A stretch of DNA of 64,000 nt from a virus, in IMG/VR virus record IMGVR_UViG_3300018875_000003, positions 52,981 to 116,980 of that record. The stretch is one strand, 5' to 3'. Each line of letters begins with the position of its first letter. Positions within the stretch are counted from its first letter, which is position 1. The notes beneath the pieces were generated by a model. The model made no database searches and was not told the origin of the DNA. It was given only the letters and a program-made list of their open reading frames with translations. Below are positions 28,065 to 37,543 of the stretch, in pieces. The translations under genes were made by a program, and so were the position numbers.

Positions 28065-28686
28065 GGAGGACGGCAATAAAACCAGCAAATACGTGTACGC
28101 AGATCAAATCATTCACATGCTTACGTCTTCGGTGGATGAGAATATCGCGGCTCTCAATGATGAGGTGACGCTTTCGTCTCCGGCGCTGCCGCCTGGGACA
28201 GTAAAGTATTCGAAGTCTGCGCGAGGGAAAGATTACTTCTTCATGACTGTCGATGAAGTAACGCATGACATTCAGTATAACGAGTTTTCGTTTGAAGGCG
28301 TATCATACCCCAAAATGGTGTTTGCTTTTGCTGTTGCCGGCAAGCAGCTTGTGGGAGCTTCCTGTGCAACGTATAAGGACACCTTTCTCCGAGATAAAAC
28401 GGAGTTATTCCGCTTTCCTTATTCCAATGTCCACTCTGATGGCAAGCTCTGCTATTTCACGAATGAGCCGGTTCACGATCTCGTTCAGCTGCAGACGTTT
28501 CCTTATCAGTGGAGAGACGTAAAGAATAATGATCACATTTACTTTGCCGGACAGACCAATCAGCTCAAAGACACGCTGTTCAATGTCTACAAGCGGTTTG
28601 AAGGGCAGCCTTTCGATTACAACATCTTAACCCCGATGCAGAAGTCATTTGATACATGGGCGCAGGAATTTATTAGAGCCAACTAG
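28009..28686 (+). CDS. prokaryotic E2 family D-like protein (PRTRC protein B-like)
   Basis: ALPPG, YPKMVF, LFRFPYSNVHSDGKLC. Confidence 0.7.
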   Translation: MSTIMIELHPEKLPLLIIEEDGNKTSKYVYADQIIHMLTSSVDENIAALNDEVTLSSPALPPGTVKYSKSARGKDYFFMTVDEVTHDIQYNEFSFEGVSYPKMVFAFAVAGKQLVGASCATYKDTFLRDKTELFRFPYSNVHSDGKLCYFTNEPVHDLVQLQTFPYQWRDVKNNDHIYFAGQTNQLKDTLFNVYKRFEGQPFDYNILTPMQKSFDTWAQEFIRAN

Positions 28687-28697
28687 GAGGAGATCAC

Positions 28698-29132
28698 ATG
28701 GAATTTTCACAAGAGCAAGAAAACAAAGACCTGGAGCAGCAGAAGCAAATCGATTATTTGAAGCAGGCGGTTGAGCCGGATCCCGAGGATGAAGAAGGCG
28801 GCGATGATGCTGCCGGCAATACTGCCGAGGAAGAAGATGTGGAGCTCGACTTGTTCGGGCAGCCGATTCAATCTACTCGGAAGTCTAAGCCGAAGCCAAA
28901 GGTCAACGCGGAGAAGCCAGCAAGTAAAGATGAGAAGTATGGCACCGATTGGATATGCCTGGTGTACGACCAGCGGATTCCTGTTCCGGAAGATGATATG
29001 ACTCTGGATAAGATTCGTCACTTCTTGGAAATGGACTATCCTCAGTTTTCCAAGGATCGCACCGAAATGATGGTGGACAAGGCTCAGAAGTATATCATTC
29101 CGAACGTGGCCAAAGCACCGAAGAAGGGGTGA
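28698..29132 (+). CDS. ubiquitin-like protein with acidic N-terminal extension (PRTRC protein C-like)
   Basis: MTLDKIRHFLEMDYPQF; C-terminus KKG; lies between the E2- and E1-like genes. Confidence 0.6.
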   Translation: MEFSQEQENKDLEQQKQIDYLKQAVEPDPEDEEGGDDAAGNTAEEEDVELDLFGQPIQSTRKSKPKPKVNAEKPASKDEKYGTDWICLVYDQRIPVPEDDMTLDKIRHFLEMDYPQFSKDRTEMMVDKAQKYIIPNVAKAPKKG

Positions 29133-29136
29133 TCTT

Positions 29137-29937
29137 ATGCTCAGCATTGCGCTTGCGGACAAAAACACCAGCTTTAATATCGTGCAGATCGGTGTCGGCG
29201 GCAATGGGGGATACCTGACTCAGCGGCTCTCCAAGATGCTGTATTCATTCAAGCAAGGGGACGGCCTATTCCGGTTCAAATACACGTTGGTAGATGGCGA
29301 TCGCTTCGAGCGCAAGAATCTGCTTCGACAGCCTTGCATCGAGGATGACATGGGTATGGTGAAATCCCGTGTCCTGGCCGAGCGATACGGCATCACCTAC
29401 AACATCCCGATGTATTTCAGGGATACGTATATTGAGTCGGTCGATCATATCAAAGAAGCCTTCGGCAGCAGTTCTTCTTCCGATGAGCTGGATATCCTGA
29501 TCGGCTGCGTGGATAACCATGCGTCCAGACGAATCATGCACGAATACTTCCATCAGCACACCGGCAATATTCTTTACATCGATAGCGGCATATCAGCCTA
29601 CGATGAGAGTGATCCGATGTCTGGCTATTCCGGACAGGTCGTGTGCGGTTTGAAACTCAAAGGGAAGCTCATTTTGGAATCGGTAGGCGATCTGTTCGAG
29701 GATGTGCTGACCGAGACCGAATCGAAGCTGCCGACCGAATCCTGCGGCGATGTGGTCTTCTATGAGCCGCAGCGGATGATTACGAACGAGATGGCTGCAC
29801 TGACCATGGCAGGCCATTTAAACAGCGTAATGGGCTCCTATTCGTTGTTCGGACACGTCACGTATTTCAATGCGCTTACGATGCTGTCCAGAACGGAGTA
29901 CATCACACAAGAAGATGTCCTTTTGGCAACAAATTGA
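29137..29937 (+). CDS. ThiF/E1-family adenylyltransferase
   Basis: IGVGGNGG, DGDRFERKNLLRQ, IGCVDN, IDSG, SC. Confidence 0.9.
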   Translation: MLSIALADKNTSFNIVQIGVGGNGGYLTQRLSKMLYSFKQGDGLFRFKYTLVDGDRFERKNLLRQPCIEDDMGMVKSRVLAERYGITYNIPMYFRDTYIESVDHIKEAFGSSSSSDELDILIGCVDNHASRRIMHEYFHQHTGNILYIDSGISAYDESDPMSGYSGQVVCGLKLKGKLILESVGDLFEDVLTETESKLPTESCGDVVFYEPQRMITNEMAALTMAGHLNSVMGSYSLFGHVTYFNALTMLSRTEYITQEDVLLATN

Positions 29938-29940
29938 ATG

Positions 29941-29977
29941 ATAACCTGCGGAATCTTTCGTATTCTGCAGGTTATTT
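29941..29977 (+). terminator. intrinsic terminator
   Basis: ATAACCTGCGGAAT / ATTCTGCAGGTTAT. Confidence 0.65.
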
Positions 29978-30006
29978 CTGTTTATTCGGGCCTATTCGCT
30001 CTATAA

Positions 30007-30078
30007 TGTAACGTGTTACAATATTTATAGTTTTTTATTTTGTAACGCGTTGCAAAACATAGGGTAAAATGCTATGAT
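30007..30078 (+). promoter_or_regulatory. sigA promoter with two operators
   Basis: TTGCAA-17 nt-TATGAT with extended TG; palindromes at 30007-30020 and 30041-30054. Confidence 0.7.
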
Positions 30079-30115
30079 AAGCTACGACAACCGAACAAAG
30101 CGAGGTGGAAACAGA

Positions 30116-30820
30116 ATGAAAGATCGCAGATTTTATGCGACCGGCGTCATTAATGTCCTTCTTGCTGCCGCACTTGTTACTAACGCCCAAGAGGCACATA
30201 GTAGCTTGCAACAAAAGCACAACACGATACATGACTTAAACCAGACTGTCGATAAGCAGCAGCAAACGATCGACAACCAGCAGAAGGAGCTGGCCGATCA
30301 GAAAAAGCTGGCGCAGGAAAACAACGATCTGGTCTACAAACTCAATCTTCTCAAGGAGAAGAGGGAAGAGGATCAGAGCAAGTTTGATCGACAACTGGAA
30401 GCGCAAAATCGTTTGTTCACTCAGAAGATTGAGAAGCTTTCGGGCGAAAAAGAACAAGCAAAGCAAAGTACGATTGCTATGCCTACAAAGCTAGGTGAAA
30501 GCAGTCGTGCCGGTTCGTCTTATTTGGCTACGTACTATGATTTAGGCGTTGCATCAACAGGTAAGAGACCTGGAGATAACGGTTATGGAATTACCCGCAG
30601 CGGACGCTATGTAGAATCAGGCGTTACGATTGCAGTAGATCCATCCGTCATTCCTCTGGGTTCATGGGTCGAAGTCGTGTATCCAGACGGCAGAAAAGAG
30701 AGACGACGTGCTGACGATACGGGTCGTTTGATCAAAGGTCATCACATCGATATCTATGTTCCTGATGCGTCAGGGTACGGAAGAGACACTGTTAAAGTCC
30801 GGGTGCTTTCGCTCCCGTAG
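30116..30820 (+). CDS. secreted coiled-coil protein with C-terminal 3D (MltA-like) domain
   Basis: Signal/TM segment; GITRSG, IAVDPSVIPLGS, ADDTG..IKG..IDIY. Confidence 0.85.
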   Translation: MKDRRFYATGVINVLLAAALVTNAQEAHSSLQQKHNTIHDLNQTVDKQQQTIDNQQKELADQKKLAQENNDLVYKLNLLKEKREEDQSKFDRQLEAQNRLFTQKIEKLSGEKEQAKQSTIAMPTKLGESSRAGSSYLATYYDLGVASTGKRPGDNGYGITRSGRYVESGVTIAVDPSVIPLGSWVEVVYPDGRKERRRADDTGRLIKGHHIDIYVPDASGYGRDTVKVRVLSLP

Positions 30821-30864
30821 TCATAAGTTTGAGGAGAAGTTATCTGTTTGAAGGAGGAAGCAAC

Positions 30865-31104
30865 ATGATGGAAGGGCAAGGAGATTTATTCAACGATCTT
30901 GTTCCACCGGCGAGAAATGAAGAGCCAGCAGCACATGCTCCGCTGGAAAGAGAAGACTTACTGCGTACTGCATTTGTACTCAGCAATGTGCTGCTTAATG
31001 TTTTGATCGAGAAAGGCATCATTACTGAGGCCGAATCGAACGATCTTTTGGGCGCAGCGCTGAAGGAATACCAAAAGAAGGTGAAGCTGAATGAAAACTC
31101 TTAA
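30865..31104 (+). CDS. hypothetical protein
   Basis: RBS AAGGAGG. Confidence 0.6.
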   Translation: MMEGQGDLFNDLVPPARNEEPAAHAPLEREDLLRTAFVLSNVLLNVLIEKGIITEAESNDLLGAALKEYQKKVKLNENS

Positions 31105-31429
31105 TGATTTGCGCGAAATTGTAACGCATTTCTCTTTGCAGCTAGAAAAAAACGAGCATGCAAGTGATGTTACGATCGCCGGCAAAATCACTTCAGTTCA
31201 TCCGGCTCCGCTCCCGATTAACGAGGGCGAGTCTGCAATGTATTCGTTTATGCTTGATGATTACATAGGGGAGACCCGTGTATACATCAGCCAGGAAGGA
31301 TATGAGGAGTTCAGTTCGCTGATTCATCCCGGGCAATTCGTTCGGATCGATGGCGTGCTGAATGTCATCGATAGACTGCCGCAAAAGGAGTGCTCTGTCG
31401 TTGCTTACGATATGAGCCTATTGCAATGA
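31091..31429 (+). CDS. stand-alone OB-fold protein resembling the DnaE C-terminal OB domain
   Basis: VTIAGKI...FMLDDYIGE..V...G..VRIDG. Confidence 0.55.
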   Translation: MKTLNDLREIVTHFSLQLEKNEHASDVTIAGKITSVHPAPLPINEGESAMYSFMLDDYIGETRVYISQEGYEEFSSLIHPGQFVRIDGVLNVIDRLPQKECSVVAYDMSLLQ

Positions 31430-31605
31430 GGAATGTACTGGTTTTTCCAGACGGCACCGAGCAGGATTTTATGTATCCTCCGGACCGCGATGTCACTGTC
31501 GGAGAGAAGTTGGTTTTGCAAATGACAGACAATTCGGAACACCACTTTGTTGTGGCTGAAATCGTGCATGAAGCAAAACGGATTCTCTACAAGCTGTCGT
31601 ATTAG
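31426..31605 (+). CDS. small hypothetical protein
   Basis: ATGA overlap. Confidence 0.5.
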   Translation: MRNVLVFPDGTEQDFMYPPDRDVTVGEKLVLQMTDNSEHHFVVAEIVHEAKRILYKLSY

Positions 31606-31633
31606 GTCGCTGACGCTCCGTTGGCTTCTTGAA
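31605..31633 (+). promoter_or_regulatory. motif copy 6
   Basis: GGTCG CTGACG CTCCGTT GGCTT CT TGAA. Confidence 0.6.
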
Positions 31634-31666
31634 AATTTATATTAAACACTATGAGGAGGACTTCAC

Positions 31667-32464
31667 ATGTCTAACTATCAAAATAACGGTCAAGGTAATG
31701 GTCAAAGTAATAACAGCGCTCCGTCCCACGTCGAAATCGAAATCATCGCCAACCTGGCAACAGTCAAAGATCCACAGAATCCTAACGGCGAACGTGTCCA
31801 TGCTTACGCGAAACAAGTCGGCCAAAGCAAGGTAGCTAACGCCAGCATCGCGGTCAACTTGCAAGGTCAAGACGAGCCGGATTACTGGAACCTGGAAATC
31901 TGGGCAAACGGCGAGCGCGATGGTAACTTCAACTTCCTGATGGATCACTGCTTCAAGGGTCGCCAGGTGTTCATCAAAGGTATTCCGATGCTCAAGAAGA
32001 ACGCAGAGGGGCGCATGTTCCCGACCATCAAAGTTAACTACATCAAAGGTCTGGGCTCCAACGCACAGGGTGGAAACGGCGGCAGCGGCGGTGGACAACA
32101 GCAAAGTGGGCAACAACAAGGCGGATACGGCCAGCAACAAGGCTATGGTCAGCAACAGCAGCAAGGCTATGGTCAGCAGCAGGGAGGATTCCAGCAGCAG
32201 CCGCCAGCTCAAGGTGGATTCCAACAACAAGCCGGATATCAGCAGTCCGCAGCTGGGCAGCAACAAGGTTTCCAACAGCAGCCGCCAGCTGGTCAACCAG
32301 CTGCAGGTCAATGGGGCAACCAACAAGGCTACCAGCAGCAGCAAAATGGCTTCGCAGGCGGTCAGGCTCCTGGCCAAGCTCCTGGACAAGGCTACGGCGC
32401 TCCACAAACCGCTGGTGCTCCGAATGGAAACTTCCAAGCTCCATTTGGCGGCCCACAACGTTAA
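31667..32464 (+). CDS. ssb: single-stranded DNA-binding protein with long Q/G-rich tail
   Basis: VANASIAVN...YWNLEIW...KGRQVFIKG OB-fold pattern. Confidence 0.75.
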   Translation: MSNYQNNGQGNGQSNNSAPSHVEIEIIANLATVKDPQNPNGERVHAYAKQVGQSKVANASIAVNLQGQDEPDYWNLEIWANGERDGNFNFLMDHCFKGRQVFIKGIPMLKKNAEGRMFPTIKVNYIKGLGSNAQGGNGGSGGGQQQSGQQQGGYGQQQGYGQQQQQGYGQQQGGFQQQPPAQGGFQQQAGYQQSAAGQQQGFQQQPPAGQPAAGQWGNQQGYQQQQNGFAGGQAPGQAPGQGYGAPQTAGAPNGNFQAPFGGPQR

Positions 32465-32485
32465 TCAGTAAGCAGGTGATGCACT

Positions 32486-32860
32486 ATGTCTCAGCATAAA
32501 CCTGCAGAAGCCTTTAAGCGCTTCCTGCACGGCATCTTCGCCTTTTATCGAGATAAGGGGATGAACGTGCAGGGAGCAAAAGGCCGAATGTATGAGGAAT
32601 CCCTCGACAGCATCTATGAAATGATGAAGTCCGAGGAAGACATCCCTGATCATTCGACCGTGATTTCTGCACAGTTCGCAGTCCGGACGCTTCAGGCTCG
32701 CGGCCAAGCGTTAACCAAACAATTAGAGTCCGCTATAGCGGCCGGAGATGAACAGTTGATCGCAACACTCCGAGTCGCTATAAGCGACTTGCATAAGACA
32801 AGAGTCGCCCTTAACGACTTCATTGTCAATTATAAAGGGGTGTTCGATCATGGCAGGTAA
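32486..32860 (+). CDS. hypothetical protein
   Basis: RBS AGGTGA. Confidence 0.65.
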   Translation: MSQHKPAEAFKRFLHGIFAFYRDKGMNVQGAKGRMYEESLDSIYEMMKSEEDIPDHSTVISAQFAVRTLQARGQALTKQLESAIAAGDEQLIATLRVAISDLHKTRVALNDFIVNYKGVFDHGR

Positions 32861-34040
32861 AGCAACAGCAGAGAAAAAAGCAGCCACAGAGAAAAAATCG
32901 CCAACGATGATGGATAACAAAGCCATCCAAGCGGACTTCAACAAGCGCTTTGGCGAAGGCACATTCTTCACTCTTGGCGGCAGCGATCGGGCAAAGGTTA
33001 CACCGATCCCTACCGGTATTCCGACCCTGGATTATTGCAGTGGCATCGGTGGTATTCCCTCCGGTCGAATCATTGAGATTTACGGCGCAGAGTCTTCGGG
33101 TAAAACCAGCCTGTGCCTCATGGTTGCCGCAGAGTTTCAGAAGCTTGCGAGACTTCCAGGTCCGTTCTTCGGAAAGAAAGTCGGCTTCATCGATGCAGAG
33201 CACGCACTTGATCCGCTTCACGTTCAGAATCTGGGCGTTGACGTTTCTCCGGAGACAGGTATGCTGATCAATCAGCCGGAGACCGGAGAAGGCGCATTTG
33301 ATTTGATGGAAGCCATGTGCCAATCTGGACAGTTTGGCTTGGTCATTGTCGATTCAGCTGCAGCACTCGTGCCGCTGGCGGAAGTCGAGAATGATATGGA
33401 GTATAACCCGATTGGTTTGCAAGCTCGCATGTTGGGTAAAGGTTTGCGTAAGCTAAAAGGGCCTGCGCATACAACAAATACGGCATTTATCTTTATCAAC
33501 CAGCTGCGTGAGAAGCCAGGCATGAAGGGTATGGTAGTTAATACAACACCAGGCGGTAAAGCACTGCGGTTCTACGCATCTATGCGTATGGAAGTGAAAG
33601 CAACCAAGATCGTCAAGAGCAATACCGAGTTGGGTCTTGCAACAACAGTGAAGATCGTCAAAAACAAAGTTGCCGTTCCGTTTACGACAGCCGAGTATGA
33701 TTACTACTGGATCGGAGGTGTCGATCGAGTCAAAAACATCATGGATGTTGCCGTAGACCTGGGCGTCATCCATCAGCGCGGTGCGTACTACTTCTATGGT
33801 CCGGATCCATCCGACAGCAAGAACGTCTACAAAGACGGTGCAGGCAACGAATTGAAATGGCAAGGCAAAGATGCTTTGCTGGAAGCTCTCCGTGTCAGTC
33901 CGGCATTGTATGAGTACACGAACGACCTTGTTCTGGGTAAGATTCCAAGCGACACAGTTTTTGTGGACGAGTCTGCGGATTCGGAAGAAGAACTGAAAGA
34001 CGAGGAAGGCGCAACCGAAGAAGAAATGACTTTAATCTAA
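32850..34040 (+). CDS. recA: RecA recombinase
   Basis: GRIIEIYGAESSGKT, FIDAEHALDP, VDSAAAL, FINQLR, GGKALRFYAS. Confidence 0.95.
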   Translation: MAGKATAEKKAATEKKSPTMMDNKAIQADFNKRFGEGTFFTLGGSDRAKVTPIPTGIPTLDYCSGIGGIPSGRIIEIYGAESSGKTSLCLMVAAEFQKLARLPGPFFGKKVGFIDAEHALDPLHVQNLGVDVSPETGMLINQPETGEGAFDLMEAMCQSGQFGLVIVDSAAALVPLAEVENDMEYNPIGLQARMLGKGLRKLKGPAHTTNTAFIFINQLREKPGMKGMVVNTTPGGKALRFYASMRMEVKATKIVKSNTELGLATTVKIVKNKVAVPFTTAEYDYYWIGGVDRVKNIMDVAVDLGVIHQRGAYYFYGPDPSDSKNVYKDGAGNELKWQGKDALLEALRVSPALYEYTNDLVLGKIPSDTVFVDESADSEEELKDEEGATEEEMTLI

Positions 34041-34057
34041 AATAGGGAGTGGTTGAA

Positions 34058-34636
34058 ATGGCAGCGGCCGAAAGACCTGTCTACTTTGATGAATTACTTC
34101 ATGAAATGCCGCAGGAGTGTATGTTGCAGCAATCGCACGATATTCTGCGTCAAAGCATTCAAAACTGCAGAATGTGTCCGCTTGCTAAACTTACCAAGCC
34201 GCTGCCTCTCAGCAACTTTGATGCGTCCATCATGATCGTCGGGGAAACTCCCGGCGATGTGCTTTTTGATGGGGATCAGGGCAAAAAGCTTGGTAAGCTT
34301 TTAGTGGAGACGGGCATTGATCTGAAAGACGTTTATTTGACTTCGCTTACGAAGTGCGCAGAGTCCTCCGATACGGAGCGTTGCACACATCATCTGACGA
34401 GCGAAATCTTGACTGTCCGGCCATCGATTGTGGTCTGCTTGGGTTACAAAGCATCAACCGCTGTAATGCAGCAGCCGCAGTTTGGCCAGTATGTTCAGAT
34501 TACGCCCCACACTTACGCTCTTGCGACCTATTCATTTGCGGATGCGAAAGACGGCCAGGAATCTATGGTTTTCGACACGATTCAGGGGCAATTGAGTTAT
34601 ATATTAAATGTTTTGCGGGGGACGAAGACAGCATGA
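34058..34636 (+). CDS. uracil-DNA glycosylase family 4-like protein (degenerate)
   Basis: CRMCPL, MIVGETPG, VYLTSLTKC, IVVCLG; C-terminal HP motif absent. Confidence 0.65.
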   Translation: MAAAERPVYFDELLHEMPQECMLQQSHDILRQSIQNCRMCPLAKLTKPLPLSNFDASIMIVGETPGDVLFDGDQGKKLGKLLVETGIDLKDVYLTSLTKCAESSDTERCTHHLTSEILTVRPSIVVCLGYKASTAVMQQPQFGQYVQITPHTYALATYSFADAKDGQESMVFDTIQGQLSYILNVLRGTKTA

Positions 34637-34881
34637 TAAGGGATTTTACAATACACCAGGCAGCCCGGATACTTGGCGTCCATAAGGATACCATCAAGTA
34701 CTGGGAAGAAAAAAACCTCATCCCACCGGCCCGACGATCGATAAAAAAGAGTCTGCGTCACAGTTATCGCGTCTATAGCGTAGACGAGATCAAAGCCATT
34801 GCTAAGGTAAGAGGCATATACGACGTTGAAGTGGATGCGGCAGTGCAGAATCTATTGAATGACAAGGCGAAGCTTTCGTAA
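34633..34881 (+). CDS. MerR-type HTH protein
   Basis: TIHQAARILGVHKDTIKYWE...YRVY. Confidence 0.8.
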   Translation: MIRDFTIHQAARILGVHKDTIKYWEEKNLIPPARRSIKKSLRHSYRVYSVDEIKAIAKVRGIYDVEVDAAVQNLLNDKAKLS

Positions 34882-34933
34882 GTTAATGACAGTAAGTATT
34901 TCAAATTTTTTTCAATTTCGTTCCATAATTTCG

Positions 34934-34962
34934 TTGACATGTTTTGATAGATTCTTTATAAT
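34934..34962 (+). promoter_or_regulatory. consensus sigA promoter
   Basis: TTGACA-17 nt-TATAAT. Confidence 0.85.
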
Positions 34963-35032
34963 CGAAAAAGTAAATCGGTAATCGATGGAAACGTGAGGAT
35001 TCCAAAGAGATCGAGCAGGAGTGTGAGCTTTT

Positions 35033-35446
35033 ATGGAAATAAGACAGCTAGAGAGAAGACTTGCTGCGGATTACGCCAAGGTCATTAAAGCATCGACCGG
35101 TAGAGGTCCGTTAGATTGCAAGGTACGCATCGTGGATTCCGTAATCATCTTCCGTAGTAGGCTTGATTTCACAATGTTGGAGCAAACCATGTTTAGTCAG
35201 TTGAAGATATCTGGTGTTGTAGACGCTATGCTTGATCAATGGGCAGAGCAGTTGATGCCGATCCTCACCAAAATGGTGGAGCCTTTGCGACACGGAGTTC
35301 AAATCCAGCAAATCCAGTTGTCATCCGGCATTCCTAATTCTTATTGCGTCTGCGTATGTCACTTAAACATGGACCTTGAAAAAATGATACTTACCGAACC
35401 TTCTCTTGCTGGCGGTGTTCCCGCTCAAAGAGAAGCCTTTCATTAA
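35033..35446 (+). CDS. DUF2294 (MpsC-like) protein
   Basis: TGRGPLDCKVRIVD...FTMLEQ. Confidence 0.65.
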   Translation: MEIRQLERRLAADYAKVIKASTGRGPLDCKVRIVDSVIIFRSRLDFTMLEQTMFSQLKISGVVDAMLDQWAEQLMPILTKMVEPLRHGVQIQQIQLSSGIPNSYCVCVCHLNMDLEKMILTEPSLAGGVPAQREAFH

Positions 35447-35731
35447 ACGATAAGCAATTAGCTGAAATAGTGATGTTCAGCTAGGGCTGGTCAGAAACCT
35501 ATTACATTTTGGGTATACTGTCCGGCCTTTTTTATGCCTTAATCCTTCAAAAATTCGCGCAATCGTCAGCTTTTCGGAGTAATATGCCTCTTCCGCTATT
35601 GCCGCATACTTAAAATGCGGCGCATTCTATCTTTTCGCTTTGTAACGTGTTATAATATCGTTAACAAGTGGAGTAGTGTGCGTTGCTTTGTGCCAAAAGG
35701 CAATGCAAAATTGCGAGGGGGATGAACAATC

Positions 35732-36364
35732 GTGTCCGAAAATTATTTAGAAAGCCGCCTAACCAAGAATGAACTATTGGTCTACGAGTATATTAAGCAG
35801 AAATCGAGTATTACGGGTTCTGTTCATGAATCGATGGTGCAAATGGCTGAAAACATTAGTGCAATGTTTAAAGACCGCATCGCCGTTCGTAATGTGCGCT
35901 CAGTAGGCGGAGGTAAGGGAAAATCGGATCCCGCCATCAGTACAGCAACCGTTTCACGCGCAGTGAATCGTTTGAAGTCTGAAGGCATAATCGATATCAA
36001 ACAATCACCAGATAGCTCACAGCCAAACGAGTATGTCTTCCTGGGACTTCCCGATGAAGAGAAGCAAGTGTCTGACATCATGGACTTGGCCGACAAATTG
36101 AACAGCCACCTGCGCAGATTCGAAACCATGCTGAAGAATCGTGACAAAGAGATTCATCAGCTGAAAACAGAGAAAAAGCAGTTGTACTTTCAACTTGACG
36201 GCAAGAATGAAGAGATTCGAAGATTGAATCAGACACTGGAATCACTGCAGAATGATCTTAAACAGATCAACACGGGTGATTTCAATCCATTCACCGAGGG
36301 ACAATTCCTTGGAATTACCGAAGTTGGCGAAGGAGTTCGAGCTTATCTTGTGAAAACTCATTAA
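35732..36364 (+). CDS. winged-helix DNA-binding protein with coiled coil
   Basis: ISTATVSRAVNRLKSEGII; upstream TG-TATAAT overlapped by operator at 35641-35654. Confidence 0.7.
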   Translation: MSENYLESRLTKNELLVYEYIKQKSSITGSVHESMVQMAENISAMFKDRIAVRNVRSVGGGKGKSDPAISTATVSRAVNRLKSEGIIDIKQSPDSSQPNEYVFLGLPDEEKQVSDIMDLADKLNSHLRRFETMLKNRDKEIHQLKTEKKQLYFQLDGKNEEIRRLNQTLESLQNDLKQINTGDFNPFTEGQFLGITEVGEGVRAYLVKTH

Positions 36365-36389
36365 GACCGCCAAGGGGGAACATGTCCAC

Positions 36390-36995
36390 ATGCTTAATAC
36401 TTTGACCAAACAATCACGCACATCTGATACTGTTGCGCGCTGGGTAGCCAGCTCCGTCATGAATGGCGGAGCTTTAGGTGGGGATGACTACCGCCAAAGC
36501 CTAGCGCTTTCTTTTGCCAATAATCCCGCATTCAGCGGCATGGTAAAAAACCTGATGGGTGACGTGCTCTGCGATAAAATGTCGAATATGTTGGATGAGT
36601 TTGACCGCCCTTCGCTGGACGAGTCGTATTACCGTATAGCAATGGTCAAAGGGAAGCTTGTACATGTTGAGGCAGACTATGAATTTTGCTGCAGAATTGG
36701 AGTAACTTCCTATCAATTTCTGGGCAAAGAGCTTTCAGAGGAATTTATGCCTGAAAAGTACGTGGACAATGCGCGGGAGTGCTATTCTCGCGCATGGAAT
36801 GGTGAGACTGTGGATTTCATCAGCAGTGGACTTACGGGAGAGTCTTACCGAGCCAAATTAAAGCCCGTCTACGACGATGACGGCATTCTACGATTTGTGG
36901 AAGTCATTTGTCGCTTTACGAACTCGATCGAGATCGATCAGAGTGTTCGGGATGAAATTGGGGAGTTTCAACCCACTCAATATGTATTAATGTAA
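36390..36995 (+). CDS. PAS-domain protein
   Basis: FLGKELSE, YSRAWNGE, LKPVYDDDG. Confidence 0.6.
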   Translation: MLNTLTKQSRTSDTVARWVASSVMNGGALGGDDYRQSLALSFANNPAFSGMVKNLMGDVLCDKMSNMLDEFDRPSLDESYYRIAMVKGKLVHVEADYEFCCRIGVTSYQFLGKELSEEFMPEKYVDNARECYSRAWNGETVDFISSGLTGESYRAKLKPVYDDDGILRFVEVICRFTNSIEIDQSVRDEIGEFQPTQYVLM

Positions 36996-37016
36996 TTCCG
37001 CGAGGAGTGACTGTAT

Positions 37017-37484
37017 GTGGCTGTAATCGACATTCTGCTTATGGAAGATTTGATGTACTGGAATGAATTAACCTCAAATTACGAACATGAAACAAAGAAT
37101 TTAAAAGTTCCAAAAGAAAATTCAACAGTCACATTATTGGACTTCAATATGCGACTGGATGAGCTCTATACTCGCGCTGCGTATGATTATGGCCGAATAC
37201 GCAGAATGAAAGATATCATGGACGGCCTGCTTGAGAGTGTTCTGAAGGATCTATACTCGGGTGCTAATGATGCAGCGAGACGCGCTGGCGGCATCCAACA
37301 TGCCCGGAGGTTTCCTGTTGAGGGATATCCTTTTGAGGCTGTCAATCTGTATGAACTGCAAGCCAATATCTTAAACCTGTATTACTCAATGCAAGCAACA
37401 ATCAAAGCCATCGAAGGAAAGCTTGGTGCGAAAATCACCAGCAATGCCTTACTCAAGATTGAATACGAGTCGTTGTCAAAGTAG
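37017..37484 (+). CDS. helical hypothetical protein
   Basis: RBS GAGGAG. Confidence 0.65.
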   Translation: MAVIDILLMEDLMYWNELTSNYEHETKNLKVPKENSTVTLLDFNMRLDELYTRAAYDYGRIRRMKDIMDGLLESVLKDLYSGANDAARRAGGIQHARRFPVEGYPFEAVNLYELQANILNLYYSMQATIKAIEGKLGAKITSNALLKIEYESLSK

Positions 37485-37543
37485 ACAGAGAAAGCGGTCT
37501 GGTTCTCCAGGCCGCTATTTCATATATATTGGAGGGATCAATC

